Positions 23,091-32,091 of a stretch of DNA of 64,000 nt are shown in pieces. Within the stretch, counting starts at the first letter, position 1. The number at the start of each line of letters is the position of its first letter. Where the stretch lies: positions 2,272,001 through 2,336,000 of the forward strand of contig OY969724.1 of NCBI GenBank assembly GCA_963702205.1, in the 5' to 3' direction. This DNA is from an uncultured candidate division Zixibacteria bacterium (GTDB lineage: Bacteria; Zixibacteria; MSB-5A5; GN15; PGXB01). Position numbers and translations under genes: made by a program. The notes under the pieces were generated by a model that saw nothing but the letters and a program-made list of their open reading frames with translations, searched no databases and was not told where the DNA came from.

Positions 23091-24077
23091 ATGAAGTGGA
23101 AAAGTTTGACAATGCCGAAAGAGATCGTTTCCGATCAATCCTCGGCCAACGAGAATTATTCTCGTTTCATAATCGAACCTCTTGAGAGGGGGTTTGGAGT
23201 AACACTCGGAAACGCCTTACGGCGTGTCCTTCTGTCTTCAATTCAGGGTGCGGCCGTGGTTTCGATAAGAATCCCTGGCGCACAGCACGAATTCGAGACT
23301 ATTGAAGGACTTTATGAAGACGTCACGCAGTTGATTTTGAATATTAAGAAGATGCGGCTAAGACTGCATGCCGATGAAATGCGTACGCTGGTCTTTACGG
23401 CCAACAAAAAGGGCAAGATCACGGCCGGTATGTTCGCTACCGACGCCGACGTGGAAGTGATGAATCCCGATCTTTATATCTGCGAACTGGTCGAAGACCG
23501 CGATTTGCAGATTGAACTCGACGTCGATTCGGGTCAATCATACAATCTGGCCGAATCCAATAAGCGGCCCGACGCTCCGGTCGGCACCATTTTCATCGAC
23601 GCCCTGTTTTCACCGGTTGTTAAAGTCAACTTCGAAGTGGAAAACACGCGTGTCGGGCAGCGCACCGACTATGACAAACTCATCATGGAAATCACGACCG
23701 ATGGTTCCACCACACCCGAAGACGCGCTTTCGTTTGCCGCCAAGCTTCTTAAAGATCATCTGCAAATGTTTATCAATATCGATGAAGATTTCGTCGTTGA
23801 GGATGAACCGGTTGAAGACGAAGAGACGGTTCGCATCCGGCAGCTTTTGAAGACCAGAGTCGACGAGCTCGAGCTTTCGGTTCGTTCGTCGAACTGCCTC
23901 CGGGCGGCCAACATACAAGCGCTGGCCGATCTGGTCTCCAAGACCGAATCGGAGATGCTCAAGTACCGTAATTTCGGCCGGAAATCCCTCAATGAATTGA
24001 ATGCTATCCTCGATGAACTTAATTTATCCTTTGGAATGGATATCTCCAAGTACATGGAGCCAGCCGAAGTAAAATAA
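23091..24077 (+). CDS. rpoA: RNA polymerase alpha subunit
   Basis: EPLERGFGVTLGNALRRVLLSS, ELSVRSSNCL and NFGRKSL motifs. Confidence 0.99.
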   Translation: MKWKSLTMPKEIVSDQSSANENYSRFIIEPLERGFGVTLGNALRRVLLSSIQGAAVVSIRIPGAQHEFETIEGLYEDVTQLILNIKKMRLRLHADEMRTLVFTANKKGKITAGMFATDADVEVMNPDLYICELVEDRDLQIELDVDSGQSYNLAESNKRPDAPVGTIFIDALFSPVVKVNFEVENTRVGQRTDYDKLIMEITTDGSTTPEDALSFAAKLLKDHLQMFINIDEDFVVEDEPVEDEETVRIRQLLKTRVDELELSVRSSNCLRAANIQALADLVSKTESEMLKYRNFGRKSLNELNAILDELNLSFGMDISKYMEPAEVK

Positions 24078-24091
24078 AATAGGGTATTGTA

Positions 24092-24562
24092 ATGCGACAT
24101 CAGGTAAAAACCAGAAAGCTGGGCAAAACCAAACCCCATCGGGAGGCGATGCTTGCCAATATGGCCACGTCACTTTTGGCCAACCGGACCATCCGCACCA
24201 CCGAACCCAAGGCCAAGGAACTTCGGCGCATGGTTGACCGTTTGATTACGATCGCCAAGAAAGACACGCTGGCGGCCCGACGGCACGTCGGAGAATCCAT
24301 TAAGGATAAGGCAGTGGTCAAAAAGTTGTTCAGCGAAATAGCTCCGCAATTAAAAGACAGGCCCTCCGGTTACACTCGCTTGATGCGGGTCGGGTTCCGG
24401 CGCGGTGACTCCGCCATGATATCGATGGTGGAACTTCTGACCCCGAAGCCTAAATCTGACGACGATTCCAAGAAGGCTTCTAAGAAAAAGGCCAAAACCA
24501 GGGCGAAAGCGAAGACCAAAGCCAAAGCCGAGGCCGAAATGAATAGCGAAGCCGCCTCCTGA
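24092..24562 (+). CDS. rplQ: 50S ribosomal protein L17 with Lys/Ala-rich tail
   Basis: MRHQ..RKLG, TTEPKAKE and RPSGYTR motifs. Confidence 0.97.
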   Translation: MRHQVKTRKLGKTKPHREAMLANMATSLLANRTIRTTEPKAKELRRMVDRLITIAKKDTLAARRHVGESIKDKAVVKKLFSEIAPQLKDRPSGYTRLMRVGFRRGDSAMISMVELLTPKPKSDDDSKKASKKKAKTRAKAKTKAKAEAEMNSEAAS

Positions 24563-24584
24563 CGCTTTTGCACAGTTGAAATTC

Positions 24585-24614
24585 AAGACCGCCGACCACA
24601 GGCGGTCTTTTTTT
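24585..24614 (+). terminator. Intrinsic terminator of the ribosomal superoperon
   Basis: AAGACCGCC/GGCGGTCTT stem followed by a T tract. Confidence 0.9.
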
Positions 24615-24628
24615 ATTTCAAAAAGCCA

Positions 24629-24657
24629 TTGCCAACGCCGAAGCGATTATTTATACT
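24629..24657 (+). promoter_or_regulatory. Putative sigma70 promoter
   Basis: TTGCCA-N17-TATACT. Confidence 0.6.
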
Positions 24658-24768
24658 TTTCAATGATTAAACCCTCGGATTATATATGCCGGGTAATAAA
24701 TTGTCAGTTAATGATTTATTGATCATATATCATAGGCCGCCGTCGGCCCTGATTTGAAAGGGAGAATT

Positions 24769-25143
24769 ATGTCGCAGGAACGCAAAAAAATGTCCAAAGG
24801 GTGCATGGTTGCTCTGATTATCGTCGGGGCCCTCATTGTTCTTCTCGCCATCACCATGATCGTGTGCTACGTCTATAAGGATGAACTGGTCGGCTATGGT
24901 GTCGGCAAAATGACCGAAGCCGCTTCCATGCAAATCAAGAAGGACCTGCCCGAGGGTTACACCGACGCCGGTATCGATTCCATCATGGTGGAATTCCAGA
25001 CGGCTTTCAAAGAGAAAAAAATCGACTCCAGCGAAATGCAGGAGATCTCGAACAAGCTTCAGGATATTATGAAAGAGGAAAACTACACGCCTGAAAAGGG
25101 TAAGGAATTCCTGGAGCTGCTCAAGAAATCCATGGAAGAATAA
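24769..25143 (+). CDS. Hypothetical protein with a single N-terminal TM helix
   Basis: GGGAG RBS; MSKGC followed by a hydrophobic helix, then a charged helical region. Confidence 0.8.
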   Translation: MSQERKKMSKGCMVALIIVGALIVLLAITMIVCYVYKDELVGYGVGKMTEAASMQIKKDLPEGYTDAGIDSIMVEFQTAFKEKKIDSSEMQEISNKLQDIMKEENYTPEKGKEFLELLKKSMEE

Positions 25144-25200
25144 GCCGGGGGGAAGTACTTACGGCAGCACGATACAAATTCTTGACCTGAGGATTTTGCT

Positions 25201-25848
25201 TTGACCGACTACGGTTTAATATTCATTGCCTATTTATTGGGTTCCACACCGTTTGGATTATTGATCCCGAAAATTTACGGCATTTCCGATATCCGCAAAC
25301 ACGGCTCCGGCAATATCGGTGCCACCAATGTCATGAGAACGGTCGGGGTGGTTCCCGGACTGCTCGTTATGGCCGGCGACGTCGGCAAAGGCGTTGCGGC
25401 GGTTCTTATTGCCGGGCTCCTGGGAAAAAGTGTCATCGCCACCGAAACGCTTTGTTTGCTGGCCGGATTAGCGGCCATTCTCGGACATATCTTTCCGATA
25501 TTTTTAAAATTCAAAGGCGGTAAAGGTGTCAATACGGCGCTGGGTGTAATGCTCATGCTGATGCCTCCGGCGGCGATGAGCGGGCTGGCGGCCTTTATCG
25601 TGACCGTACTTATTTCACGCTATATATCGCTGGGATCGATGATTGCCTCTCTGGTTTTTTTCGGAATCGCGCTGATGGGATATTTAACCGATTTTATGCT
25701 TATCCCGCTGTCATACCTGATCGTCGCCGCCATCGTGCCCGTACTTATTATAGTGGCTCACCGTTCGAATATTAAACGGCTGCTTAACGGTACTGAAAAT
25801 CGGTTCCGTTTTCATTCGGAGCATAAGGAGGCCGGGTCCAATGTCTGA
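25201..25848 (+). CDS. plsY: Glycerol-3-phosphate acyltransferase PlsY
   Basis: GSGNIGATN, GHIFP.F.KFKGGKGV and HRSNI.RL..GTE motifs. Confidence 0.96.
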   Translation: MTDYGLIFIAYLLGSTPFGLLIPKIYGISDIRKHGSGNIGATNVMRTVGVVPGLLVMAGDVGKGVAAVLIAGLLGKSVIATETLCLLAGLAAILGHIFPIFLKFKGGKGVNTALGVMLMLMPPAAMSGLAAFIVTVLISRYISLGSMIASLVFFGIALMGYLTDFMLIPLSYLIVAAIVPVLIIVAHRSNIKRLLNGTENRFRFHSEHKEAGSNV

Positions 25849-26851
25849 CCGAATCGCCGTCCTCGGAGCCGGAAGCTGGGGCATTGCGGCGGCCAACCTG
25901 CTGGTCTCCAACGGCCACAATGTTGCCTTGTGGGAGTTCAATCCGGCCGATTGCCAGACGCTGCTTAAAACGCGCAGTCACGAAAAGAAGCTCCCCGGCA
26001 TCCGAATACCCTCAGAGGTTTTCATAACTAATAATCTCGACGAAGCGGTCGCCAAAGCTCAGATTTTAGTTCTGGCCAGCCCGGCCCAGACCATGCGCTC
26101 GGTCTGCACGCAACTTGAAGGCGTCATTTCAGAACCGAGGATTTTCGTAAATCTCGCCAAAGGGATTGAAATCAAAACGGTTAAGCGGATGTCGGAAGTA
26201 ATAGAAGAATGTCTGACCATGGCCGATGCCAAAAACATCGCGACACTTTCCGGTCCCAGCCATGCCGAAGAGGTCTCACGCGGTATGCCGACCAGCGTGG
26301 TGATAGCTTCGGCCAACCCGGAACTCGCCGAGTACGTCCAGGGGATTTTCTCCAACAACACCTTCCGGGCATACAGCAGCACGGATATAATAGGCGTCGA
26401 ACTGGGCGGTTCGGTTAAAAATATTATTGCTATTGCGGCCGGTATCATTACCGGCCTGGGTCTGGGTGACAATACCATGGGAGCCCTGATAACGCGCGGG
26501 ATGGTGGAAATAAGCCGCCTCGGTGTTAGTCTGGGCGCCGACCCTCTGACCTTCGCCGGGTTGTCTGGTATCGGTGACCTCGTGACAACGTGCATCTCCC
26601 GTCACAGCCGCAACCAGCAGGTCGGTTTTCGGATCGGACGGGGGGAGAAACTCAAGAGCATCCTCGGCAGTATGGTGATGGTGGCCGAAGGCGTGGATAC
26701 CTGCCGGTCGGTCAGGATGCTGGCCGAAAATCAAAATGTCGAGATGCCCATTGCCGAGCAGGTCCATGATGTTCTGTTCGCCGGTAAAAATCCGGCCGAA
26801 GCGATAGAAGATTTGATGGGCCGAACCCTCAAGAAAGAAGTTCTTTACTAA
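25841..26851 (+). CDS. gpsA: NAD(P)H-dependent glycerol-3-phosphate dehydrogenase
   Basis: GAGSWG, SGPSHA.EV and GLSGIGDL..TC.S.HSRN motifs. Confidence 0.97.
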   Translation: MSDRIAVLGAGSWGIAAANLLVSNGHNVALWEFNPADCQTLLKTRSHEKKLPGIRIPSEVFITNNLDEAVAKAQILVLASPAQTMRSVCTQLEGVISEPRIFVNLAKGIEIKTVKRMSEVIEECLTMADAKNIATLSGPSHAEEVSRGMPTSVVIASANPELAEYVQGIFSNNTFRAYSSTDIIGVELGGSVKNIIAIAAGIITGLGLGDNTMGALITRGMVEISRLGVSLGADPLTFAGLSGIGDLVTTCISRHSRNQQVGFRIGRGEKLKSILGSMVMVAEGVDTCRSVRMLAENQNVEMPIAEQVHDVLFAGKNPAEAIEDLMGRTLKKEVLY

Positions 26852-26873
26852 CAATATAGACGCCGAGGCAAAT

Positions 26874-27251
26874 ATGGCGCGAACCAAAACGCAAAAAGAA
26901 GAAAAACTGTACTATTCGATCAGCGAAGTAGCGCGCATCACCCGCCTTGAACCGTACGTTCTGCGTTTCTGGGAAAAAGAATTCCCCATGCTGAAACCCC
27001 GCAAAAATCGCGGCGGCAATCGCATTTATCAGAAGGCCGATATCGAGCTCGTCAACCAGATCAAGCAGCTGTTGTATAAAGAGAACTACACCATTGAAGG
27101 CGCTCGCAACCGGTTGCGAAAAATAAAGGCGACGCCCGATAAGGCGAGCCGCGAAGAAAAGGCCCGCGTGAAAACGATCGTGGGGATGATACGCAAGGAC
27201 ATAGAAGACATTCTCAAACTTTTCCCTTGCCTTTTTGGCTTCGGGGGATAG
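26874..27251 (+). CDS. MerR-family HTH regulator (tRNA-Pro-linked type)
   Basis: KLYYSISEV...VLRFWEKEF..LKP.K..GGNR.Y. Confidence 0.9.
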   Translation: MARTKTQKEEKLYYSISEVARITRLEPYVLRFWEKEFPMLKPRKNRGGNRIYQKADIELVNQIKQLLYKENYTIEGARNRLRKIKATPDKASREEKARVKTIVGMIRKDIEDILKLFPCLFGFGG

Positions 27252-27264
27252 ATTGGACCTGTGT

Positions 27265-27342
27265 CGGGGAGTGGCGCAGTTTGGTTAGCGCACTCGCTTG
27301 GGGTGCGAGAGGTCGGCAGTTCAACTCTGCTCTCCCCGACCA
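27265..27342 (+). tRNA. tRNA-Pro(GGG), CCA encoded
   Basis: Acceptor CGGGGAG/CTCCCCG; anticodon arm CTCGC-TTGGGGT-GCGAG; GTTCAA T loop. Confidence 0.95.
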
Positions 27343-27351
27343 ATTAATTCG

Positions 27352-28034
27352 ATGCACATGACTCCCATAAAATCTAAAACGCTGGCAATCATTCCGGCCT
27401 ATAACGCCGCCAAATACTTCGAACGCCTGATTCCGCGCCTGAGGCGGTTCCTGCCGGATTCGGATTTTGTCGTGATTGACGACGGTTCCACCGACAATAC
27501 TCCCGAAATTCTCGGACGCATGAACGTCACGTTCATCAGAAACGAGCCCAATCGCGGGAAGGGGTATCCATCAAGCGCGGCATGCAGTACGCGCGCGAAA
27601 AGGGTTATGAATACGTTGTTACTCTCGATGCCGATTTGCAGCACTTGCCCGAAGAGCTGGAGCGTTTTATTAACGTAACGAGTACGGCCGATATCTATAT
27701 GGGGACTCGTCCTTTCAAATTCAACCGCATGCCGCCGCACCGCTGGCTGTCGAACAATCTGACGTCGATTATTGTATCGTACTTTTGCAAAACCCGTGTG
27801 CGTGATTCGCAGTCCGGTTATCGCATGATAAAAGCCGATCTGATCGATCGCATCGGCATAAGATCAAATCGTTTTGATTTCGAATCGGAGATACTGCTCA
27901 AAGCCGGTTTGGTCGGGGCGAGGATAGCCGAAATTCCGATTTCGCTGGTCTACGACGGCGGCGGTTCGCACGTGCACCCGGTGCGCGATACGCTCCGCTT
28001 CATAAAGCTGATCTGGAAACGGATCTGGATGTAA
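27352..28034 (+). pseudogene. Glycosyltransferase family 2 (DPM-like) split by a 1-nt frameshift near 27568 (pseudogene or sequencing error)
   Basis: IPAYN, IDDGSTD, NRGKG in one frame; TLDADLQH, DSQSGYR, FESE in another. Confidence 0.8.
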
Positions 28035-28050
28035 CGGTTAAGGAATATAA

Positions 28051-28800
28051 ATGCTGATACTTCTTACAAACGACGATGGCATCTATGCCGAGGGACTGGT
28101 AGAACTGGAAAAAGCTCTGAAAAGGGTGGCCGACGTGCTCATTTTCGCTCCCGATCGCGAGCAGTCGGCCTCGAGCCATTCACTGACTCTTGAAAGACCG
28201 CTGCGTATACACCAGCGTGACGACAAACATTTCGCCTGTGATGGGACTCCGACCGACTGTGTCCTTCTTGCAGTGCACGGTATCTTGAAACATCGCCTGC
28301 CCGACCTCGTGATATCCGGGATTAACCACGGCTCCAATATGGGGGAGGACGTCACATACTCCGGCACGGTGGCCGCCGCTATCGAAGGCGCCAACCTCGG
28401 GATAACGTCGATGGCCGTGTCCAATACGGATTCGGGAAATTTTAAATCATACAAACCGGCCGCGCAGTTTATCGCCAGATTTGTCAGGCAAATCGACAAG
28501 CTGGGTATTAACTCCAACACTTTTCTGAATATCAATTTCCCGAAATTAAAGGGCGAGAAGTTTCAGAACTATCGCATCACCAAACTGGGTCGGCGGGAAT
28601 ATAAGGATATTGTCATAGAAAACACCGATCCCCGGGGCAAGCACTATTACTGGATCGGCGGCGAATCGACCTGGGAGGATATCGACGGGTCGGATTTTAA
28701 GGCCGTTTCGCAGGGTTTTGTCTCGATTTCACCGCTTAAAATGAACTTCTCCGACGCGCCGTCCATAGAGAAATTGAAAGACATAAAACTAAGGTTTTAA
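28051..28800 (+). CDS. surE: 5'/3'-nucleotidase SurE
   Basis: LLTNDDG, GTPTDCV and SGINHGSN.G.DV.YSGTV motifs. Confidence 0.97.
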   Translation: MLILLTNDDGIYAEGLVELEKALKRVADVLIFAPDREQSASSHSLTLERPLRIHQRDDKHFACDGTPTDCVLLAVHGILKHRLPDLVISGINHGSNMGEDVTYSGTVAAAIEGANLGITSMAVSNTDSGNFKSYKPAAQFIARFVRQIDKLGINSNTFLNINFPKLKGEKFQNYRITKLGRREYKDIVIENTDPRGKHYYWIGGESTWEDIDGSDFKAVSQGFVSISPLKMNFSDAPSIEKLKDIKLRF

Positions 28801-28869
28801 CGTCTTTTTTCGATTATATAAATGTCTTGACTATATCCGGGTTTTGTATATTATACGTCGGATTAAATT

Positions 28870-28943
28870 CGGGGCGTAGCGCAGTTTGGTAGCGCACTTG
28901 GTTCGGGACTAAGGAGTCGCTGGTTCAAATCCAGTCGCCCCGA
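28870..28943 (+). tRNA. tRNA-Pro(CGG), CCA not encoded
   Basis: Acceptor CGGGGCG/CGCCCCG; anticodon loop TTCGGGA; GGTTCAAATCC; upstream TTGACT-N16-TATTAT promoter. Confidence 0.95.
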
Positions 28944-29012
28944 TTTAATATCCTGCCGCAACTGACGTTACCCTCTATATGAGGGTTGTTTCTTGTAAGC
29001 GAGGCCGCGCGG

Positions 29013-29489
29013 ATGCCAATTAAAAAGAATAAGAAAGAAATTTATATCGGCGTCATCGGGGCCGGACAATGCAATCATGCATCTGAAATGCTGGCCGAAA
29101 AGGTCGGCCGCGCCATCGCCGAACAAGGTGCCATCCTTGTCTGCGGCGGACTGGGTGGCGTTATGAGAGCCGCCGCCAAAGGCGCTAAAGCGGCGGGTGG
29201 ACAAACCCTCGGAATTCTGCCCGGTGACGACAAAACCAAGGCGAACGAATATATTGATTTCGCCATTGCCACCGGTATCGGGGAAGCGCGCAATATAGTC
29301 ATAATCAAGACCGCCGATGCCGTCGTGGCTCTTCCGGGAAAGTACGGCACTCTGTCAGAGATGGCTTTCTGCATGAAAATCGGCCGACCACTCGTTTCGC
29401 TTTCCGATTGGAATATTTCCGAAGATATCGAACGCTTCACCGATCCGATACAGGCCGTGAAACGGGCGGTGCAGCTGGCCGGAGAATAG
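29013..29489 (+). CDS. TIGR00725-type LOG/Rossmann-fold protein
   Basis: IGVIG, CGGLGGVM, TGIGEARN and YGTLSE motifs. Confidence 0.88.
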   Translation: MPIKKNKKEIYIGVIGAGQCNHASEMLAEKVGRAIAEQGAILVCGGLGGVMRAAAKGAKAAGGQTLGILPGDDKTKANEYIDFAIATGIGEARNIVIIKTADAVVALPGKYGTLSEMAFCMKIGRPLVSLSDWNISEDIERFTDPIQAVKRAVQLAGE

Positions 29490-29491
29490 GT

Positions 29492-29776
29492 ATGTCATTC
29501 GTGGGTGCCAGAGTCATCGTCAAAGGTGTCGTGCAGGGTGTCGGGTTCAGGTACTGGGCATTGAAAAAGTCGCATAATTACGATGTCGCCGGTCAGGTTG
29601 CGAATCTGCCCGACGGTACCGTCGAAATTATCGTTGAAGGAGACCGCGGGCCGGTCGAAGATTTCCTGACGGAAGTCAAAGTCGGTCCCAGTTACGGGCA
29701 TGTCAGCGATATGCTCGTCCATTGGTACAACACCCCCAAAGGGTACAAAGATTTTATTATAGCTCATAAAGGTTGA
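29492..29776 (+). CDS. acyP: Acylphosphatase
   Basis: G.VQGVGFR and V.NLPDGTVE motifs. Confidence 0.93.
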   Translation: MSFVGARVIVKGVVQGVGFRYWALKKSHNYDVAGQVANLPDGTVEIIVEGDRGPVEDFLTEVKVGPSYGHVSDMLVHWYNTPKGYKDFIIAHKG

Positions 29777-29778
29777 TT

Positions 29779-30303
29779 ATGGTTGACTTAAAAAATACCG
29801 TCAGGGCCATTCCGGATTTCCCCAAAGAGGGGATATTGTTCTATGATATAACGACCCTCCTTGTTAATCCCGAAGCATTTCGATCGGCTCTGGATAAAAT
29901 GGAAAAATTCTGCCGCAGCCGCGAGGTCGACCGCATTGTCGGCATTGAATCGCGCGGCTTTATTTTCGGAGGGGCACTGGCCGACCGACTCAAAGTCGGA
30001 TTCGTTCCTGTCCGTAAGGCCGGCAAGCTCCCCGGAGAAACTATCGCCGCGACGTACGATCTCGAATATGGATCGGCAACGATTGAGATCCACGCCGATG
30101 CCGTCGGTGCGGGGGACAGTGTGGTTGTCGTCGATGATCTGATCGCCACTGGCGGGACTCTCGAGGCGACTTGCCGCTTGATCGAGCGAGTCGGAGCCAA
30201 AGTGACCGGTATCGCGGCCCTGATTGATCTGGCTTTCCTGCCCTGGGAAGAAAAGCTTGAAAAATACGATGTTTTGAGCTTAATTACGTACGAATCGGGT
30301 TAG
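29779..30303 (+). CDS. apt: Adenine phosphoribosyltransferase
   Basis: PDFPKEGI.F.DI, GIESRGF, RKAGKLP and VDDLIATGGT motifs. Confidence 0.97.
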   Translation: MVDLKNTVRAIPDFPKEGILFYDITTLLVNPEAFRSALDKMEKFCRSREVDRIVGIESRGFIFGGALADRLKVGFVPVRKAGKLPGETIAATYDLEYGSATIEIHADAVGAGDSVVVVDDLIATGGTLEATCRLIERVGAKVTGIAALIDLAFLPWEEKLEKYDVLSLITYESG

Positions 30304-30313
30304 ATGGATTTTT

Positions 30314-30387
30314 GCCCCCGTAGCTCAGTTGGATAGAGCAGCGGTTTCCTAAACCGCGGGCCGCAGGTTCAATTCCTGCCGGGGGTA
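30314..30387 (+). tRNA. tRNA-Arg(CCT), CCA not encoded
   Basis: Acceptor GCCCCCG/CGGGGGT; anticodon arm GCGGT-TTCCTAA-ACCGC. Confidence 0.95.
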
Positions 30388-30575
30388 TTTTTTATTATAG
30401 CGTCGCATATAGTAACTGTGCGCATTTTAATCAATCGCACCTTTATGTCTTTATACTTTTCCCGTCCTTCCGATATTATAAACCGGTTGTTTGTTTTATC
30501 AAGGGGGTAATACTGGCTATACCGGAAGAAGTAAAAAAGGCCATTCTCAAAGAACTTCGCCGCCGTCTTCCGCTG

Positions 30576-31091
30576 ATGGATACGGCGAAAATGAAAGAAC
30601 TCGTCCTCTCATGGCTGGAACAGTTTAAATTTCCGGGACCGGTCGAAAGATCGTCGTGGGAAGACTGCATCATGGAATATCCGGCCAGCCCCGAGGAATC
30701 GGAGTTGCTGAGAGGCCGACGTCTCAGGGTGGCAGTGAATCTCTTTACAGCTACTAATCAATATATGATTTCCATAATCGAATGTCTGGCCCCCAACGTT
30801 CGTGGAACATACATAATTACAGTCCACGTCAACTGGACAAGACACGAACGCCAGATTCAGCAGGCGATCGATGAATCTTACAAGGGGTCGTTCGACAACG
30901 GTCTCAAGGCCAGGCATGTTATCTGGATACAGTCGTTCGAGGAACATCATCTTTTTCCGGCGCTCGATGCCTGTGCCGTGGCAATTTTCGCGCATGAATT
31001 GACTCCCGCTATTGTGCCCGAGAAATTATCTGCTCATCCGGTCAGGTTGCCTGTGGGATCGAGGCTCGATATTCCCGAAACGTCCGGATGA
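30576..31091 (+). CDS. Hypothetical protein (possible upstream CTG start at 30513)
   Basis: 171-aa ORF filling the gap between tRNA-Arg and the next gene; no motif recognised. Confidence 0.65.
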   Translation: MDTAKMKELVLSWLEQFKFPGPVERSSWEDCIMEYPASPEESELLRGRRLRVAVNLFTATNQYMISIIECLAPNVRGTYIITVHVNWTRHERQIQQAIDESYKGSFDNGLKARHVIWIQSFEEHHLFPALDACAVAIFAHELTPAIVPEKLSAHPVRLPVGSRLDIPETSG

Positions 31092-31198
31092 AATCAGTTT
31101 TCCTGTTGACTTTGACCTCCATTTTAATATTTTATATTTTCTTGTGATAAACGTATTAACGCATGGGAAACAAACATGTTTTATAGTCGAGGGATAAG

Positions 31199-31867
31199 AT
31201 GAGAAAAGCCGTTATTCTTGCTTTGGGTCTGTTGCTGGTGGCCGGGTCGATTCTGGCCGAGGATTATAAATACTCCGTTTACCTGGGGAGCGGCGTCGGT
31301 ATTCCGGTATCATCGCAGCTTAAGGATTTGTGGAAGGCCGGGGAGACGTTCGAAGCCGGTGTCGGGCGCAGAGTCCAGGACAATGTTGAAGTATTTGTCA
31401 AATTTGGCTACAGCCATTTTCGTCCGGATAAAGAAAAATATTTCAAGGTCCTCCGCGATTTTGTCCTGCAGCAGGGTGGTGAGGATATTTATTTACAGTC
31501 GTACGCCGTAGGTGACGGTGGTGATGCGCGTTATTATTCAGTCGTCGCCGGGGCGAAATATTTTATTCCCGCCGCGCACGCCGGAGGAGTATTTAATCCT
31601 TATTTTCTCGGGTCGGCCGGATTCGAAAAGCTTGAGATCAGCAATCCCGAATTGGTTTACCAGAAGCTGCTTTATTACAAAATCAATTATGGCTCCAAAA
31701 ATAATGGCTTTATGGGCAATGTCGGCCTCGGGGTGGATTTCGCTTTTGGCAGCGGTTTCGATGCCTTCATCGAAGGCAAATATGCCCTGCATTTTACGGA
31801 CCCGGAAAATACGCAATCATTCCCCATAACGGTTGGATTCAAAATAGCTCTGGGAATGATCGAATAA
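31199..31867 (+). CDS. Small outer-membrane beta-barrel protein
   Basis: Signal peptide; alternating strands; FNPYFLG..G and FIEGKY patterns. Confidence 0.75.
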   Translation: MRKAVILALGLLLVAGSILAEDYKYSVYLGSGVGIPVSSQLKDLWKAGETFEAGVGRRVQDNVEVFVKFGYSHFRPDKEKYFKVLRDFVLQQGGEDIYLQSYAVGDGGDARYYSVVAGAKYFIPAAHAGGVFNPYFLGSAGFEKLEISNPELVYQKLLYYKINYGSKNNGFMGNVGLGVDFAFGSGFDAFIEGKYALHFTDPENTQSFPITVGFKIALGMIE

Positions 31868-31901
31868 CAGCGCTTTGCACGAGAAAATATCGAATTTTAC
31901 G

Positions 31902-31932
31902 GCGCCGACCGACCCGGTCGGCGTTTGTTTTT
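31902..31932 (+). terminator. Intrinsic terminator
   Basis: GCGCCGACCG/CGGTCGGCGT stem followed by a T-rich tail. Confidence 0.7.
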
Positions 31933-31993
31933 ATGGACGGCGATTTGAGTGAGGCTTCGCTCTATTTCACGTTTTTTTTTATCATAAAACCGA

Positions 31994-32022
31994 TTGACAC
32001 TTTTGGATGCGCGCCTTATATT
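31994..32022 (+). promoter_or_regulatory. Putative sigma70 promoter
   Basis: TTGACA-N17-TATATT. Confidence 0.7.
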
Positions 32023-32091
32023 CTTCGTCTAAGTTTATGTAATAGAGTAAATTTGAAGAAGAAATCTGATTTAACGGGAGGATCATAGAGT

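Noticed and set aside
24450..24562. Lys/Ala-rich L17 tail with repeat-like DNA
   Set aside because: Such tails are common in L17, and the DNA repetition only reflects KAK codons.
27265..30387. tRNAs as integration sites
   Set aside because: No integrase and no duplicated tRNA 3' end seen; the neighbours are ordinary housekeeping genes.
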